From a virus (taxonomy: Duplodnaviria; Caudoviricetes): a DNA stretch of 50,888 nucleotides. The stretch spans positions 1 to 50,888 of IMG/VR virus record IMGVR_UViG_3300050343_000151; one strand, 5' to 3'. The notes below the pieces were generated by a model. That model saw only the letters and a program-made list of their open reading frames with translations, had not been told where the DNA came from and searched no databases. This document shows positions 35,891 to 45,800 of this stretch, one piece after another. Every line of letters begins with the position of its first letter. Position 1 is the stretch's first letter. The position numbers were made by a program, and so were the translations under genes.

Positions 35891-37302
35891 TATGAAATCC
35901 TCTGTGCTATAAACATAAGCGACCAGAGGGATGTACTTGTATTTTCACCACCACCACTAGTATTACTACCTGTCTGACCGCTTGTAATTGCCCGCCATGT
36001 TCCTGTTTTAGTAGAAACAGTAGATGTATTCTCTAGACTAGTAGATCTGCTTACTCGGTTTTGTTCTGACGTAAATTGACCAGTGTAGTCAGCTATTATG
36101 TGATTACTTTGACCTGCTCCTGAACCAGTATAAGGTCCATTATTAAGTACAAGAGTGCTTGGAGTAAATGTAGTGCCTACACTTATTGATACTGGGTTAA
36201 CACTGTATGTACTGCCGTCTGACCTTAGTTGAATTAAAAAAGGCATAATACTGCCTATGTCTGTATTTGCACTTGGTACTGCTTCTACTCCCGTTAAAGC
36301 TGAGCCGTCAATTGCAGGTAAAGTTCCCGTTAAATTAGCAGCGTTTAAGTTTGTAAGATTTTGACCATTACCGTTAATATTTCCTGTCGCTGTAACGTCC
36401 CCCGAAATAGAAACTCCTGTGCCTACTGTACTTAGCTTACCTGAATTTGAGTAACTTAAAGTCACTGATCCTCCATTGCTAAAACTTGCTAAAGTACCAC
36501 CACTTGCTCCTTGCAATAAAATACTATCAGATTTTAATCTTAAACTATGACTTGTATTAGTTGCTTGAATGACGTTGTCTGTTCCACCTCCAGAAGTATC
36601 ATGAAAAATTTCTAAATCGTCACCTGCACCAAATTTAATTTTTACATCATCAGCATTGTGACGTAGACCATCTAATTGACTTTGTATATCAGAAGTAACT
36701 CCATCTAATCTTTGAAATTCAGTATTTGAAACCGAGCCATCAGCAATTTTTGATGCGTCAATCGCTGCACTTGTATTTATATCAGCGTTAACAATTGATC
36801 CATCAACAATAGATGTAGTAATAGTTGGGTCAGATGAAAAATCAGTAGCAACCGAACCGCTAACAACTCCGCTTAAAGTAATTGTTTTATTAGCAGAGAA
36901 ACTATTAGCAGGGCTAGTTGCTTCAACTATATTTGAGCCATCACCATAAACAATACTTTTTAATCCTTGCGTAATAACTACGCCTGTTCCTGAATTACTT
37001 TTAAAAGTTAAAGTATAAGAGCCACTAGTATTATTAAATATAATATATGGTTTAGTGTCATTTGATGCGGTCTTAACATCTATATTACCACTTAATGTGC
37101 CTTGAAATTCTATAATGGCAAAACTAGATTCAGAATCTGATAATGTAACATTAGAGCCACCACCTACACCTTTGACTAGACGTTGAGCAATTGCCTTATC
37201 AATTTGATCGATGGTTCCATTTAAAACATTTCCCCAATTGTTAGCTTCAGAACCAATATCAGGTTTAGCTAAATTTAAATTTGAAGTTACAGTAGTAGTC
37301 AT
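35890..37302 (-). CDS. Tail fibre protein
   Basis: TSNL.L.KP..G...N.WG..LN anchor; Ser/Thr/Gly-rich; FGAGDDLEIFHD and IDGSALTG fibre motifs. Confidence 0.8.
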   Translation of the reverse strand: MTTTVTSNLNLAKPDIGSEANNWGNVLNGTIDQIDKAIAQRLVKGVGGGSNVTLSDSESSFAIIEFQGTLSGNIDVKTASNDTKPYIIFNNTSGSYTLTFKSNSGTGVVITQGLKSIVYGDGSNIVEATSPANSFSANKTITLSGVVSGSVATDFSSDPTITTSIVDGSIVNADINTSAAIDASKIADGSVSNTEFQRLDGVTSDIQSQLDGLRHNADDVKIKFGAGDDLEIFHDTSGGGTDNVIQATNTSHSLRLKSDSILLQGASGGTLASFSNGGSVTLSYSNSGKLSTVGTGVSISGDVTATGNINGNGQNLTNLNAANLTGTLPAIDGSALTGVEAVPSANTDIGSIMPFLIQLRSDGSTYSVNPVSISVGTTFTPSTLVLNNGPYTGSGAGQSNHIIADYTGQFTSEQNRVSRSTSLENTSTVSTKTGTWRAITSGQTGSNTSGGGENTSTSLWSLMFIAQRIS

Positions 37303-37311
37303 GAAATTCCT

Positions 37312-38286
37312 TTACGTTTTAATAATGTAATTGACACAAAGATATGGATTTAACACGCTAGTGTTTGAACCAGTAAAAGTAGCTGTAGTAGTGTTACCAC
37401 TAAAAGTTGATGAAGCTGTTAAACCAGTTGAACTATGTGAGTGAGCCTGACCTGATCCACCAGTAGGTACACTTGCACTATTGTAAGCTGCTCCACCACC
37501 AGAAGATGAACCTCTGTTTCCTAGTCCATCTCCGTCAGGTGGGGTTAATGAAGTTTCTTCCATTTTTACATAGTTTGTAGTTTTTAAAGTTATGTTAGGT
37601 AATTGAGCTTGGGTAATAGAATGACCTGCTGTACTACCACCAATACTTGTTGATACTGAACCTGTTGGTGTTATTGAGCTTACTGAACCAGCGGGAGTTA
37701 TTGTAGCAGATCCATTAGTGTCTCCTAAATTATCACTACTACCTTTACCTCTTGGTACTCTTTCTTGAAAATTTGGTAGACTAAATGTTAAAGCACCTGT
37801 GCTACCATGGGTTGTTCCAATTACTGCAAATAAAGCAGAGTAGGTTGATCTAGAAATCTCAGTACCATCACATAATAAATATCCGCTTGGGGGAGAGGTG
37901 CCTCCAAACATTGATATTACTCCAGTTGGCATTGGATCTGTACCAAAAGAGGTACTAATAGAAGCATTGCCACTTACAAAATTAGCTGTTCCAACAACTG
38001 CCCCTGTCAGTGCGACTGTTGCGTCAGCAACATTAGCAGGTGTCCAAACGGCTGTAACTATATTACCTGCAGTGGTAGCGATGTAAATAATTTTATTAGA
38101 ACTATCTACGCATACTTGGCCAATAAAATCTGCGGCAACATTATTATTAGGGTCACCTGTAAATCTTAAACCAATAGCTGCATCGATTGCATCTAAGTTA
38201 CTGTTAAGTGTGTTACCCCATGAGTTGGATTGTTCACCTGGACCTGGTTTTTCAAGTGTCAGATTTGAAGTAAAAGTTGATGTCAT
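37312..38286 (-). CDS. Tail fibre protein with tail-collar domain
   Basis: PTGVISMFGG..PPSGYLLCDG..ISRSTYSALFAVIGTTHG..FSLPNFQER; C-terminal NPYL.VNYIIKT. Confidence 0.88.
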   Translation of the reverse strand: MTSTFTSNLTLEKPGPGEQSNSWGNTLNSNLDAIDAAIGLRFTGDPNNNVAADFIGQVCVDSSNKIIYIATTAGNIVTAVWTPANVADATVALTGAVVGTANFVSGNASISTSFGTDPMPTGVISMFGGTSPPSGYLLCDGTEISRSTYSALFAVIGTTHGSTGALTFSLPNFQERVPRGKGSSDNLGDTNGSATITPAGSVSSITPTGSVSTSIGGSTAGHSITQAQLPNITLKTTNYVKMEETSLTPPDGDGLGNRGSSSGGGAAYNSASVPTGGSGQAHSHSSTGLTASSTFSGNTTTATFTGSNTSVLNPYLCVNYIIKT

Positions 38287-38296
38287 AAATTATTTC

Positions 38297-38923
38297 CTAA
38301 GTAGTTGCTACAGTTAATAAAGTGCCTTGTCGTTCAAAGTCACTTTCACGCATAGCTTGGTCTATTTCTGCCACAACAATTTGCATCCAATATGCTTTTT
38401 CAGCATCGTCTTTTAAATACTCATTAGCAAATGCACACGTTGCAGCTAATAACATTCTTGGATATCTTTTTGTTAAAAAATTTTCTGCATTAGATGAAGT
38501 TAAGGCGGCAGGTTCATTAAAATAAATCATTTCATAACTGTAATCAGCATTAGCAACTAAATTAAAATTTATGTTTGAACCATCTGTATAATATTGAGTT
38601 GGTACACCTTGAGTTCGAGTATTACCTGATGAATAAGTAATTGATGCTTGTAAGACTTCTGGTAGTTTTCGTGTAAGTACAGAATTATTTGCTCCAATAA
38701 GTTTAACTTGTTTAGCAGCTAGATAATCATTTGGTAAGGTTACTGATGATGTACCAGAACTAATGGTACCACTAACAGTTGTCAATTGATCTCTAAGTCT
38801 AAGTCTGCGATAAAGAAATGCTTCTGCTTGACGAATTAAAATTGCAACAGGAACATTCTGATTGACAAAATTACGGATACTACCCTCAGTAGATTTATCC
38901 GCAGTTAATTGATGATAATTCAT
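38297..38923 (-). CDS. Head-tail adaptor protein
   Basis: QAEA..YRRLR, LPNDY, GVP..Y, NFL...YP pattern; located after the capsid gene. Confidence 0.7.
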   Translation of the reverse strand: MNYHQLTADKSTEGSIRNFVNQNVPVAILIRQAEAFLYRRLRLRDQLTTVSGTISSGTSSVTLPNDYLAAKQVKLIGANNSVLTRKLPEVLQASITYSSGNTRTQGVPTQYYTDGSNINFNLVANADYSYEMIYFNEPAALTSSNAENFLTKRYPRMLLAATCAFANEYLKDDAEKAYWMQIVVAEIDQAMRESDFERQGTLLTVATT

Positions 38924-38957
38924 TTAAGTTCCTCTTTTAAATTGGGATAGACCCAGC

Positions 38958-39182
38958 TTACGCTGGATCCATTCCGTCTGAGCCAGTGTCTTTGACTTTA
39001 CCCATTGGTGTGTAACCTTTGTCTAGTAGTGACTCAGATTTGCCATCCAATGCTTTTTTATATCCATGAGGATTAGAAGGAACAGAAGTTCCTTTACCTA
39101 ATGCATCCCCACCGATGTCTTGTGTATTTGATCTGATTGCATTGCTGTAACCAGTTGTATCTTTCATTCCATATTTTGGCAT
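38958..39182 (-). CDS. Small hypothetical late protein
   Basis: AGGAG SD. Confidence 0.7.
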   Translation of the reverse strand: MPKYGMKDTTGYSNAIRSNTQDIGGDALGKGTSVPSNPHGYKKALDGKSESLLDKGYTPMGKVKDTGSDGMDPA

Positions 39183-39207
39183 GATGTATTCTCCTAATTA
39201 AAATTAA

Positions 39208-39402
39208 TTATCGTTCGTTAGCAAAGTAGCCACGATCTAAAAATCCTGTGTGGTCGTAACCTTTTAGTCTTGCACCTTTAGGATCGTTTTCCATGTTCTC
39301 AGTGCTATCTTTAACGCAATAACCTTTGTCATGATCCAAGTCACTCTTGTTCATTACGCCAGTCATTTGGTTCTTATCGAATTTCTTTTTTTTCATTTCC
39401 AT
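39208..39402 (-). CDS. Small hypothetical late protein
   Basis: AAGGA SD. Confidence 0.7.
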   Translation of the reverse strand: MEMKKKKFDKNQMTGVMNKSDLDHDKGYCVKDSTENMENDPKGARLKGYDHTGFLDRGYFANER

Positions 39403-39416
39403 GATGATGTCCTTAT

Positions 39417-39450
39417 AAAAATGGAAGGAGTGCCATAAGCACTCCCTCCA
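39417..39450 (-). terminator. Rho-independent terminator after the major capsid gene
   Basis: TGGAGGGAGTGC-TTATG-GCACTCCTTCCA followed by TTTTT on the minus strand. Confidence 0.8.
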
Positions 39451-39457
39451 ATTGGTA

Positions 39458-40420
39458 TTATGTAGCGGAATCCCACTTCACAATTCTAGCTTGTGCAGCT
39501 GAGTCGTGAACTAGACCAAAGCCACCTAGGTAGTACCATGCGATACCTCTAGAACGACCGTAGTCAGTAGGAATTTTACCACGCATTTCTTCAGGTATTG
39601 CAATTGCTTCGGCTACAGTATCTGCACCAAAGAAATAACAAGCATTAGATTTGCCGTTAGTAAATTCTCCTGCTGGAGTTCCGAATCCACCTTTAGCAAC
39701 ATTTGTTTGCTCGATGAATCGTACGTTCTCATATCTTCCAATTTCGCCATTCATGATCATTTGGAAACCACCATCAGTGTACTGATGAATAGATTCTAAA
39801 TCATTTTTAACGCCTCTGAAAGTTGATGGGTGAGCGATCGCATAGTAGTCATCATTGATGTATGCAGGAATATCTCTTTCCTTCATGATATCAACAATAG
39901 CTTTAACGTGATCTTTACCCATTGCAACGTCATTAGTTACTGAAGTAGTTCCGTCAGCATCTAGAGTTACAGCACTTGTTGATGTACCTCCAGTTGGAAC
40001 TACAGCAAGTGGTGTAGCTTTAAACTGAGCATGTGCTGCTCCGTCAAATGCTTTCTTAGCATCGTTCTTTAGAACTTTGTTAATCACTTCTGTAACTGAG
40101 TGTTTTGATAAATCATCTAACTTACTAGAGTAGCCAACGCTGTTGCCGTACTCAGTAACTGTTAATTGATTTTGTTCTACAGTAAAACTAGTTTCAGGAA
40201 TTGCTGTGCCTTCAGTTAAAGCTGTACCTGCAGTACCTACATCGCTGTAGATATTCCAGTTAAACTTGTCACCTTTAGATAGACCTTTATTAGTCGCATC
40301 TTTAGCATCACAAAACTGTCTAAACTTTACCATAGGTTGCACAGCCATTCTAAGTACATCAGACAATTCGTCTGAATACATAAAACCACCGGCAGAATTT
40401 GTACCCCATACTTGAGCCAT
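39458..40420 (-). CDS. Major capsid protein (N4-gp56-like family)
   Basis: Follows scaffold; LTEG, TEYG, GEIGRYENVRFIE, DYGR..GIAWY; strong SD and downstream terminator. Confidence 0.88.
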   Translation of the reverse strand: MAQVWGTNSAGGFMYSDELSDVLRMAVQPMVKFRQFCDAKDATNKGLSKGDKFNWNIYSDVGTAGTALTEGTAIPETSFTVEQNQLTVTEYGNSVGYSSKLDDLSKHSVTEVINKVLKNDAKKAFDGAAHAQFKATPLAVVPTGGTSTSAVTLDADGTTSVTNDVAMGKDHVKAIVDIMKERDIPAYINDDYYAIAHPSTFRGVKNDLESIHQYTDGGFQMIMNGEIGRYENVRFIEQTNVAKGGFGTPAGEFTNGKSNACYFFGADTVAEAIAIPEEMRGKIPTDYGRSRGIAWYYLGGFGLVHDSAAQARIVKWDSAT

Positions 40421-40460
40421 ATTCTTTATTCTCCTATTTTAGTTTATTTATTTGTTTAAG

Positions 40461-41612
40461 TTAAAGTTGACCTCGTCTTTTTTGCATCATACGCACAACA
40501 TCCGATCGAGTAGGAGGTGGAGGAGTATCCTCGCCTATACTTGCGGTACTTGAGGTAGATGGTTTGACGACATCTGCGCTCTGCCTTTTAGCTTCAACTT
40601 TTTTTATTGACGCTTTAGGTTTCGCTTTTTTTTCACCATCAACATTGGACAGTTTAGATTTTGACCATTGATCAACAGCCTCACACGCACTTCTAAATAA
40701 CTCCGAGTCTGATCTCGAATTGCCACTTTGGGCATCTTCGGCTCTCATCTCGTGTACATATTGTGCAGCTAGGTATGTAGTATTTCGGTCTGCAAAAACA
40801 TCTGGGTACTCTTGCCCCAGATCTTTTAATAGGTTATCGAAAGCAACTTTGTTTTGAACTTGCTGTGTCGCTTGTTCGGCTGCTTGTCGTGCAATCGCCA
40901 TCTCATCAATTTTTGGTTGTTGAGGTGTGCGAGTTTGCAAAATTTGTTTTAAAGCATTTTTAGCTGTATCACCTTCACCAAATTGAATATCATGAACCAA
41001 CTTATTAAGTTGTTCATCATTCATTTCTGATTCAGGTTTCTCTTCTACTTTCTCTTCTGCTTTTTGCTCTCTCAATTGTGCTAACTGTTCGGCTTGAGCC
41101 TTCATAGTTGCAGCTTCTTGAAATTTCTGCGTAGCAGAGTCTGCCATTTGAGCCATACGTTTTAATTCATCAAGGCTAACATCTTTTTCTTGGCCATTGA
41201 CTTTAAGTTTGTACGTCTCAGCTACAGGTGGTGTAGTAGGTTCTTCAGCTTCTTCTTCAACTGATTCCGCTTCAACTTCTTCTTGCTCGGAATCACTTGC
41301 TTCTTGAAGAGGTTCGTCTTCAGCAATAACTTCGCTATCGGGTTCTGCTTTAACTTCTTCTTCTTGTTCATATGCTTCTGGTACTTCAGTTTTTAACTGC
41401 TCTTTTCTTGCAGCTATAATAGACTCCAAGGTATTAGTTCTTGGATTAAGTAGTACTCGTTCTTGGTCAGCAATCTCTTTACGTTTTTCTTGATCGCTTC
41501 TAGTATCTTCTTCGTTAACCTCAAGATGAGGTGTTTCTTTTGGGGCGTTCTCAACAACAGCTTCAGTAGCTTCAGGTTGAGAGATGCCCTCTTGGGTGAT
41601 CTCTTCAGACAT
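40461..41612 (-). CDS. Capsid scaffolding protein
   Basis: Acidic N-terminus; YKLKVNGQEKDVSLDEL motif; precedes the capsid gene. Confidence 0.8.
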   Translation of the reverse strand: MSEEITQEGISQPEATEAVVENAPKETPHLEVNEEDTRSDQEKRKEIADQERVLLNPRTNTLESIIAARKEQLKTEVPEAYEQEEEVKAEPDSEVIAEDEPLQEASDSEQEEVEAESVEEEAEEPTTPPVAETYKLKVNGQEKDVSLDELKRMAQMADSATQKFQEAATMKAQAEQLAQLREQKAEEKVEEKPESEMNDEQLNKLVHDIQFGEGDTAKNALKQILQTRTPQQPKIDEMAIARQAAEQATQQVQNKVAFDNLLKDLGQEYPDVFADRNTTYLAAQYVHEMRAEDAQSGNSRSDSELFRSACEAVDQWSKSKLSNVDGEKKAKPKASIKKVEAKRQSADVVKPSTSSTASIGEDTPPPPTRSDVVRMMQKRRGQL

Positions 41613-41626
41613 TATGTCCTCCTATG

Positions 41627-41953
41627 TTATTTGTTTAAATCTTCTTCTTGAATAATTTGCTCGGCAAGTATTCCTCGGTCGATTTGTTTCTTCAGATATT
41701 CTGTAAGCATAAAGAAAATTCTTGCATCATTTTGCAATTTTCTAACTGTGTCGACTTTAGTTGCATCGGTTGCAATTAGTTTTCTTATAGCTTCACTAGA
41801 ATCTTTTTTCGCCTGTGCTAAGACAGCCGATAAGCCTGTGTTGTCAGCTAATTCTTTTTCTATGTCCATTGCTTTACGAGCAATTTTGAACAGTGGGTCT
41901 TGAGCAAATTGATCAAACATTTGCTCTTCATTAAAATCTAAATCTGCGGGCAT
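41627..41953 (-). CDS. Hypothetical head-assembly protein
   Basis: Helical ~100-aa gene between portal and scaffold. Confidence 0.6.
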   Translation of the reverse strand: MPADLDFNEEQMFDQFAQDPLFKIARKAMDIEKELADNTGLSAVLAQAKKDSSEAIRKLIATDATKVDTVRKLQNDARIFFMLTEYLKKQIDRGILAEQIIQEEDLNK

Positions 41954-41961
41954 TTAGTTCC

Positions 41962-42324
41962 TTACTTTAAAGGTTTAGTGAGAATTGATAGAGCTTGACT
42001 TTTTAATTTAAAAAAATGTTCTGCATCAACTAACACGAGGGGTTTAGTATTATTTTTTTTTATAACCAACAAAGGCTCATACTGTTTACAGTTAGCCTTT
42101 GCTTGGTCATAGGCTTTCCATACATTAATCTTTTCTGTGTTTTTACATTCAATGCTGTATGGAAATTTGCGTCTAGCAAGTGGAGACATCATTACATCTT
42201 CACCGCCAGCTCCCATTGAACGACTTTCAAGATCACCTTCTTCTAAATAAAAAATTTGTGTTAAAATATCTCGGACCCATTGTTGTAGTCTTCGACCTTT
42301 AGCTTTAGCACTTTGTGTTTTCAT
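41962..42324 (-). CDS. Holliday junction resolvase-like PD-(D/E)xK nuclease
   Basis: SAKAKGRRLQ, GED, SIECKN, PLLVIKKN. Confidence 0.8.
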   Translation of the reverse strand: MKTQSAKAKGRRLQQWVRDILTQIFYLEEGDLESRSMGAGGEDVMMSPLARRKFPYSIECKNTEKINVWKAYDQAKANCKQYEPLLVIKKNNTKPLVLVDAEHFFKLKSQALSILTKPLK

Positions 42325-42338
42325 GAGGGCAATCTTAA

Positions 42339-42467
42339 TTAGTAACCTTTACTTTTTTTTGGTTTTCCCATTTTACCAGGGTTACCTGCTTTAACTGCAC
42401 CCATGTTTTTAGGTTTTTTACCTTTTACTTTTTTGTAAATTTTTTTACCTATCATAGAAACTACCAT
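42339..42467 (-). CDS. Tiny Lys-rich peptide, 42 aa (not in ORF track)
   Basis: AAGGA SD; MVVSMIGKK...KKSKGY. Confidence 0.65.
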   Translation of the reverse strand: MVVSMIGKKIYKKVKGKKPKNMGAVKAGNPGKMGKPKKSKGY

Positions 42468-42469
42468 AA

Positions 42470-42571
42470 TTAATATCCTTTACTTTTGGTTTTTTTCTTT
42501 GTTTTCTTTTTCTTCTTAATTTTATCTTGCAAAAATTTAGGAAGAGTTTTTTGTGACTTTGTTAGTGACAT
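42470..42571 (-). CDS. Tiny Lys-rich peptide, 33 aa (not in ORF track)
   Basis: AGGAG SD; MSLTKSQKTLPKFLQDKIKKKKKTKKKTKSKGY. Confidence 0.7.
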   Translation of the reverse strand: MSLTKSQKTLPKFLQDKIKKKKKTKKKTKSKGY

Positions 42572-42584
42572 AAGGTTTCTCCTG

Positions 42585-42719
42585 TTATTTATTTTTCTTT
42601 TTTTTCTTAGGGAAGCCAGCTTTCATATTGGCGTAGGCTTTTTTAGAAATGGTACTGTTCTTTTTACTTCTAGATGTATTATTACGTTTTCTTTTATTTA
42701 TATTTTCATAGAGTGACAT
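42585..42719 (-). CDS. Tiny Lys/Arg-rich peptide, 44 aa (not in ORF track)
   Basis: AAGGAG SD; MSLYENINKRKRNNTSRSKKNSTISKKAYANMKAGFPKKKKKNK. Confidence 0.75.
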   Translation of the reverse strand: MSLYENINKRKRNNTSRSKKNSTISKKAYANMKAGFPKKKKKNK

Positions 42720-42728
42720 AATTTCTCC

Positions 42729-42992
42729 TTACCACTTTACTTTGTTAGCCCAATAAGCCGCACTCATTTTGCCTTTAGCAATATTTTTACCGTGCCTAGC
42801 CTTAAAGGAATCTGATCTTTTAGTTTTAGTTCGGTCGCCAGTAACACCTTGTTGACCAAAACGAATTGTCTTAACTTGGTCACCAGATTTTGCTACTACC
42901 ACATGAGATTTAGTTTTGTGACTAGGTGTACGTTTAGGTTTATTGTACCCACTAACACCTGCACTTTTTAGTCGAGAGTCTTTTTCGCTCAT
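42729..42992 (-). CDS. Basic phage protein
   Basis: YNKPKRTP, IRFGQQG, SFKARH, SAAYWA..W motifs. Confidence 0.8.
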   Translation of the reverse strand: MSEKDSRLKSAGVSGYNKPKRTPSHKTKSHVVVAKSGDQVKTIRFGQQGVTGDRTKTKRSDSFKARHGKNIAKGKMSAAYWANKVKW

Positions 42993-42994
42993 GA

Positions 42995-43102
42995 TTAACC
43001 GAAGATGATTGCGACTAAAGCAATTACCGCTATTGATAATGCAGCTCGTTTGTGCATTGGCATAGCCATAATTTTATCTTTTATCCAATTAATTTTTTCC
43101 AT
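42995..43102 (-). CDS. Small single-TM peptide, 35 aa (not in ORF track)
   Basis: TAATG coupling to the portal stop; MEKINWIKDK...LSIAVIALVAIIFG. Confidence 0.6.
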   Translation of the reverse strand: MEKINWIKDKIMAMPMHKRAALSIAVIALVAIIFG

Positions 43103-45237
43103 TATCCTTGTCTCCTATTTTGATTGTTAACTAATGTCATTTGCACTTGTTGATCTGCTTGTCTTAATTTAATTTTGCTATCAATCATTTTCTCTGCTTC
43201 ACGCAAAGTTAACTGTGCTTTTAATCTTTGACTTTCACTTTGTTGTTTCATTTGCTCCAACATTAAGTCACCTTGATTTTCCATTTCTTGCTCTTGGATG
43301 TTTGCTTGAGCTGCTATCTGAGCAATCTCAACTTTGTTTTGCATTTCTGCTTGTTTGTCATTTAATGCTTGTTCCATTTGAGCAATTTGATCTTGCAATT
43401 GTTTCATTTGCGGATCATCTTCACCAAAATTAAAGAATCGCATTCCGTCTTTGTAACCAAGTTTGCCAAATATTTCGGTAATAATTTCTTTTACATTAAG
43501 TGCTTGAGCAACAGATGGACCAACTAGTTGTGAAACTGTTTGAGCGCCCATTGTAAATTTTTGTAATTGTTCCATCGGATTTGTTGAACCAATGCCGACA
43601 TTAACATTAAGCGATAATTTTTGTTTTAAGATCTCGTCAGTCATTTCATCGGTACCGTAAGTTTTGTACATATCAATATCTTGAGCAGCTAACTGCATAA
43701 CCACTTGATCAGTTTCATAACTTTGTTCTAGCTGAACTAGTTGACGTATTGTTGGTTCAACCCAAGTTTCAGAAAAAATTCTTAAATCATATTCACCAAT
43801 TGCCGATGCAGCTCCACTTATAAGTTGCATTCCACCAACAGTTTCATTTAACGATTTGTTAGATTGCACTGAACTTGTAGAAAAGTTTCCAGCAATTTCA
43901 TCAAAGTCTAAGTTTAATCTATCTTGCTCAATGTAACTTGATTGCGTAACATCAGGCGCTCTATTGATAACAACATCCGAAGACGGATCTTCCATTAATA
44001 CAACACCGCCAGGTGTACTGCGAACCAGCGCGTTAAGATCAATATTCCTCCCTTGGCGGGCAAACATTCTTCCGTTTAGTGCTAGTTTTATATTGTCAAG
44101 TCTCTGATTCGCAATATCGTTGGTCTCTTTCTGAATTTCAGAAGTTAACGAAACTTTTGATTGAGGGTAAATTTTATGTGCTTCAAGAACTGTGTAACCC
44201 ATTGTAAAAGGTCTAACCCCGTGTAAGTACACTTCTTCAATTGGTCTTGGTGTTGTTAATAGTTGTTTTGTAGAAAGTGAATAGAAATGATAATCTTTAC
44301 CATCTTTTTTTACAAAATTTTCATGTACCCAAATAATTTCATAATCACTAACAGATTTATTTGCAGTATCAGTACTATCTTCTCTATAATCTTCTCGTGC
44401 CGAACGAGTAGAATCATTTTTCATTTTACCGTCAGATGATCCCGCTATAATTTCTTCACTGTACTTTTTCCATTTACCCATACCTGTTTTAGGGTCACGC
44501 TCTTTCATTTTAGCTTTAATGTCGTGAATATACATTGGGATACAATAGATCACATAAGGTGAACTATTAATTGGATCCATCCAATCTGAACCAGGATCAA
44601 CTCGTAAATTCTCAGGGGCAATTAAATCTATTACAGGCTTGTCACTAATAATTTCTACTTCATCTTCAACTTTACCTTTAAGTTCACCATCAACGTCTAG
44701 TAGTGGTAAACCGTTTTCATCAAACTCTGGTACAAAACCTGATCTAATTTTTTTCTCTGAATATTCCCAATAGTTTTTAGTAGCACATACACCTGTAACT
44801 TGTGCATCCTGAAATGCTCCCACTACAGTTAAGAACCATGGAATAGTTTTTTCTAAACGATAGTTAATAATCTTATTCATGATTTTAGCACTTGCTACTT
44901 GTGCAGGATCACGATCATCTTCTGGTCGAATACTAACCATATCTTTAGTAGAGAAGAAAGCGGCTGCACATGCAGCTTCGTTTTTACGCACACTTGCTCT
45001 AGTCTTTGGTCTAAAAACTTTACTTCTATTTTTATAAGTGTCCGATGAATATTTAGAGCCTTTTGGGTGTTCAGAATTAAACGCTCTTAAATTAGACTCC
45101 CAATCATGTCTTAAATTAGCATCAATAAAGTCAGTAGACTTTTCAAATGCATTTTGTGCTAGTCTTAAAAATTCTTTATCTTTTTCATTACTAGCAACAA
45201 TTGGTTGGTCTTCGGAATTATCTTCGTATTCTTCCAT
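43102..45237 (-). CDS. Portal protein
   Basis: 711 aa between terL and scaffold; LRVDP, NQRLDN, NETVGGMQL; Gln-rich coiled C-terminus. Confidence 0.88.
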   Translation of the reverse strand: MEEYEDNSEDQPIVASNEKDKEFLRLAQNAFEKSTDFIDANLRHDWESNLRAFNSEHPKGSKYSSDTYKNRSKVFRPKTRASVRKNEAACAAAFFSTKDMVSIRPEDDRDPAQVASAKIMNKIINYRLEKTIPWFLTVVGAFQDAQVTGVCATKNYWEYSEKKIRSGFVPEFDENGLPLLDVDGELKGKVEDEVEIISDKPVIDLIAPENLRVDPGSDWMDPINSSPYVIYCIPMYIHDIKAKMKERDPKTGMGKWKKYSEEIIAGSSDGKMKNDSTRSAREDYREDSTDTANKSVSDYEIIWVHENFVKKDGKDYHFYSLSTKQLLTTPRPIEEVYLHGVRPFTMGYTVLEAHKIYPQSKVSLTSEIQKETNDIANQRLDNIKLALNGRMFARQGRNIDLNALVRSTPGGVVLMEDPSSDVVINRAPDVTQSSYIEQDRLNLDFDEIAGNFSTSSVQSNKSLNETVGGMQLISGAASAIGEYDLRIFSETWVEPTIRQLVQLEQSYETDQVVMQLAAQDIDMYKTYGTDEMTDEILKQKLSLNVNVGIGSTNPMEQLQKFTMGAQTVSQLVGPSVAQALNVKEIITEIFGKLGYKDGMRFFNFGEDDPQMKQLQDQIAQMEQALNDKQAEMQNKVEIAQIAAQANIQEQEMENQGDLMLEQMKQQSESQRLKAQLTLREAEKMIDSKIKLRQADQQVQMTLVNNQNRRQG

Positions 45238-45248
45238 AATGTTTTCCT

Positions 45249-45596
45249 TTAAAATAATTTGAGGTCTTCTTGATGATAGGGGCCTGCACCTCTTTTAATA
45301 TTATATCTTTCTAAAAATTCACCACCTGCGCGAACTACAAGAAGTAATCCTGGGTCATTTTTTAGTGCGTCAATCTTAACGACAAATCCATACTTTTCAC
45401 TGAGGACAAAATTTCTAATAGTAACAATGCCGTCACTAACACTTGCGGTTACTCCCCAAGCATGACCCGGATAATGTTCATTTAATTTTTCTGAGACTTT
45501 TTTAGATAGTTCAATATCCGCTAATGGGATGGGAGCGTTGCCGTCTTTGTCTTTAGCTTCGTCATGATATTGTAAAGGGCTAATTAGTTCAGACAT
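45249..45596 (-). CDS. Hypothetical protein
   Basis: GAGGA SD; HYPGHAW and AGGEFLERY segments. Confidence 0.7.
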   Translation of the reverse strand: MSELISPLQYHDEAKDKDGNAPIPLADIELSKKVSEKLNEHYPGHAWGVTASVSDGIVTIRNFVLSEKYGFVVKIDALKNDPGLLLVVRAGGEFLERYNIKRGAGPYHQEDLKLF

Positions 45597-45721
45597 TAAG
45601 GATAATCCTCTTGCCTAAATTCTCTATCGCCAGAAAACTCATAAACTACAGGTCGAGTGTAATCTTCATCGTAGTAATCAGGGTCTGCGTCTAATATTAA
45701 TTGTATCCAACTAATTTCCAT
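45596..45721 (-). CDS. Small acidic peptide, 41 aa (not in ORF track)
   Basis: GGAGG SD; MEISWIQLILDADPDYYDED...; TAATG coupling. Confidence 0.65.
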   Translation of the reverse strand: MEISWIQLILDADPDYYDEDYTRPVVYEFSGDREFRQEDYP

Positions 45722-45773
45722 TGTATGCCTCCATGACAATTAAATGTTTGTAAATGTATGTTTATTTTTTTTT

Positions 45774-45800
45774 AACATAAGCATAAAACATGCTTATGTT
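45774..45800. promoter_or_regulatory. Perfect 11-bp inverted repeat in an AT-rich intergenic gap
   Basis: AACATAAGCAT-AAAAC-ATGCTTATGTT. Confidence 0.55.

Noticed and set aside
35890-38286. Diversity-generating retroelement or invertible fibre cassette
   Set aside because: No reverse transcriptase, invertase or template/variable repeat pair seen.
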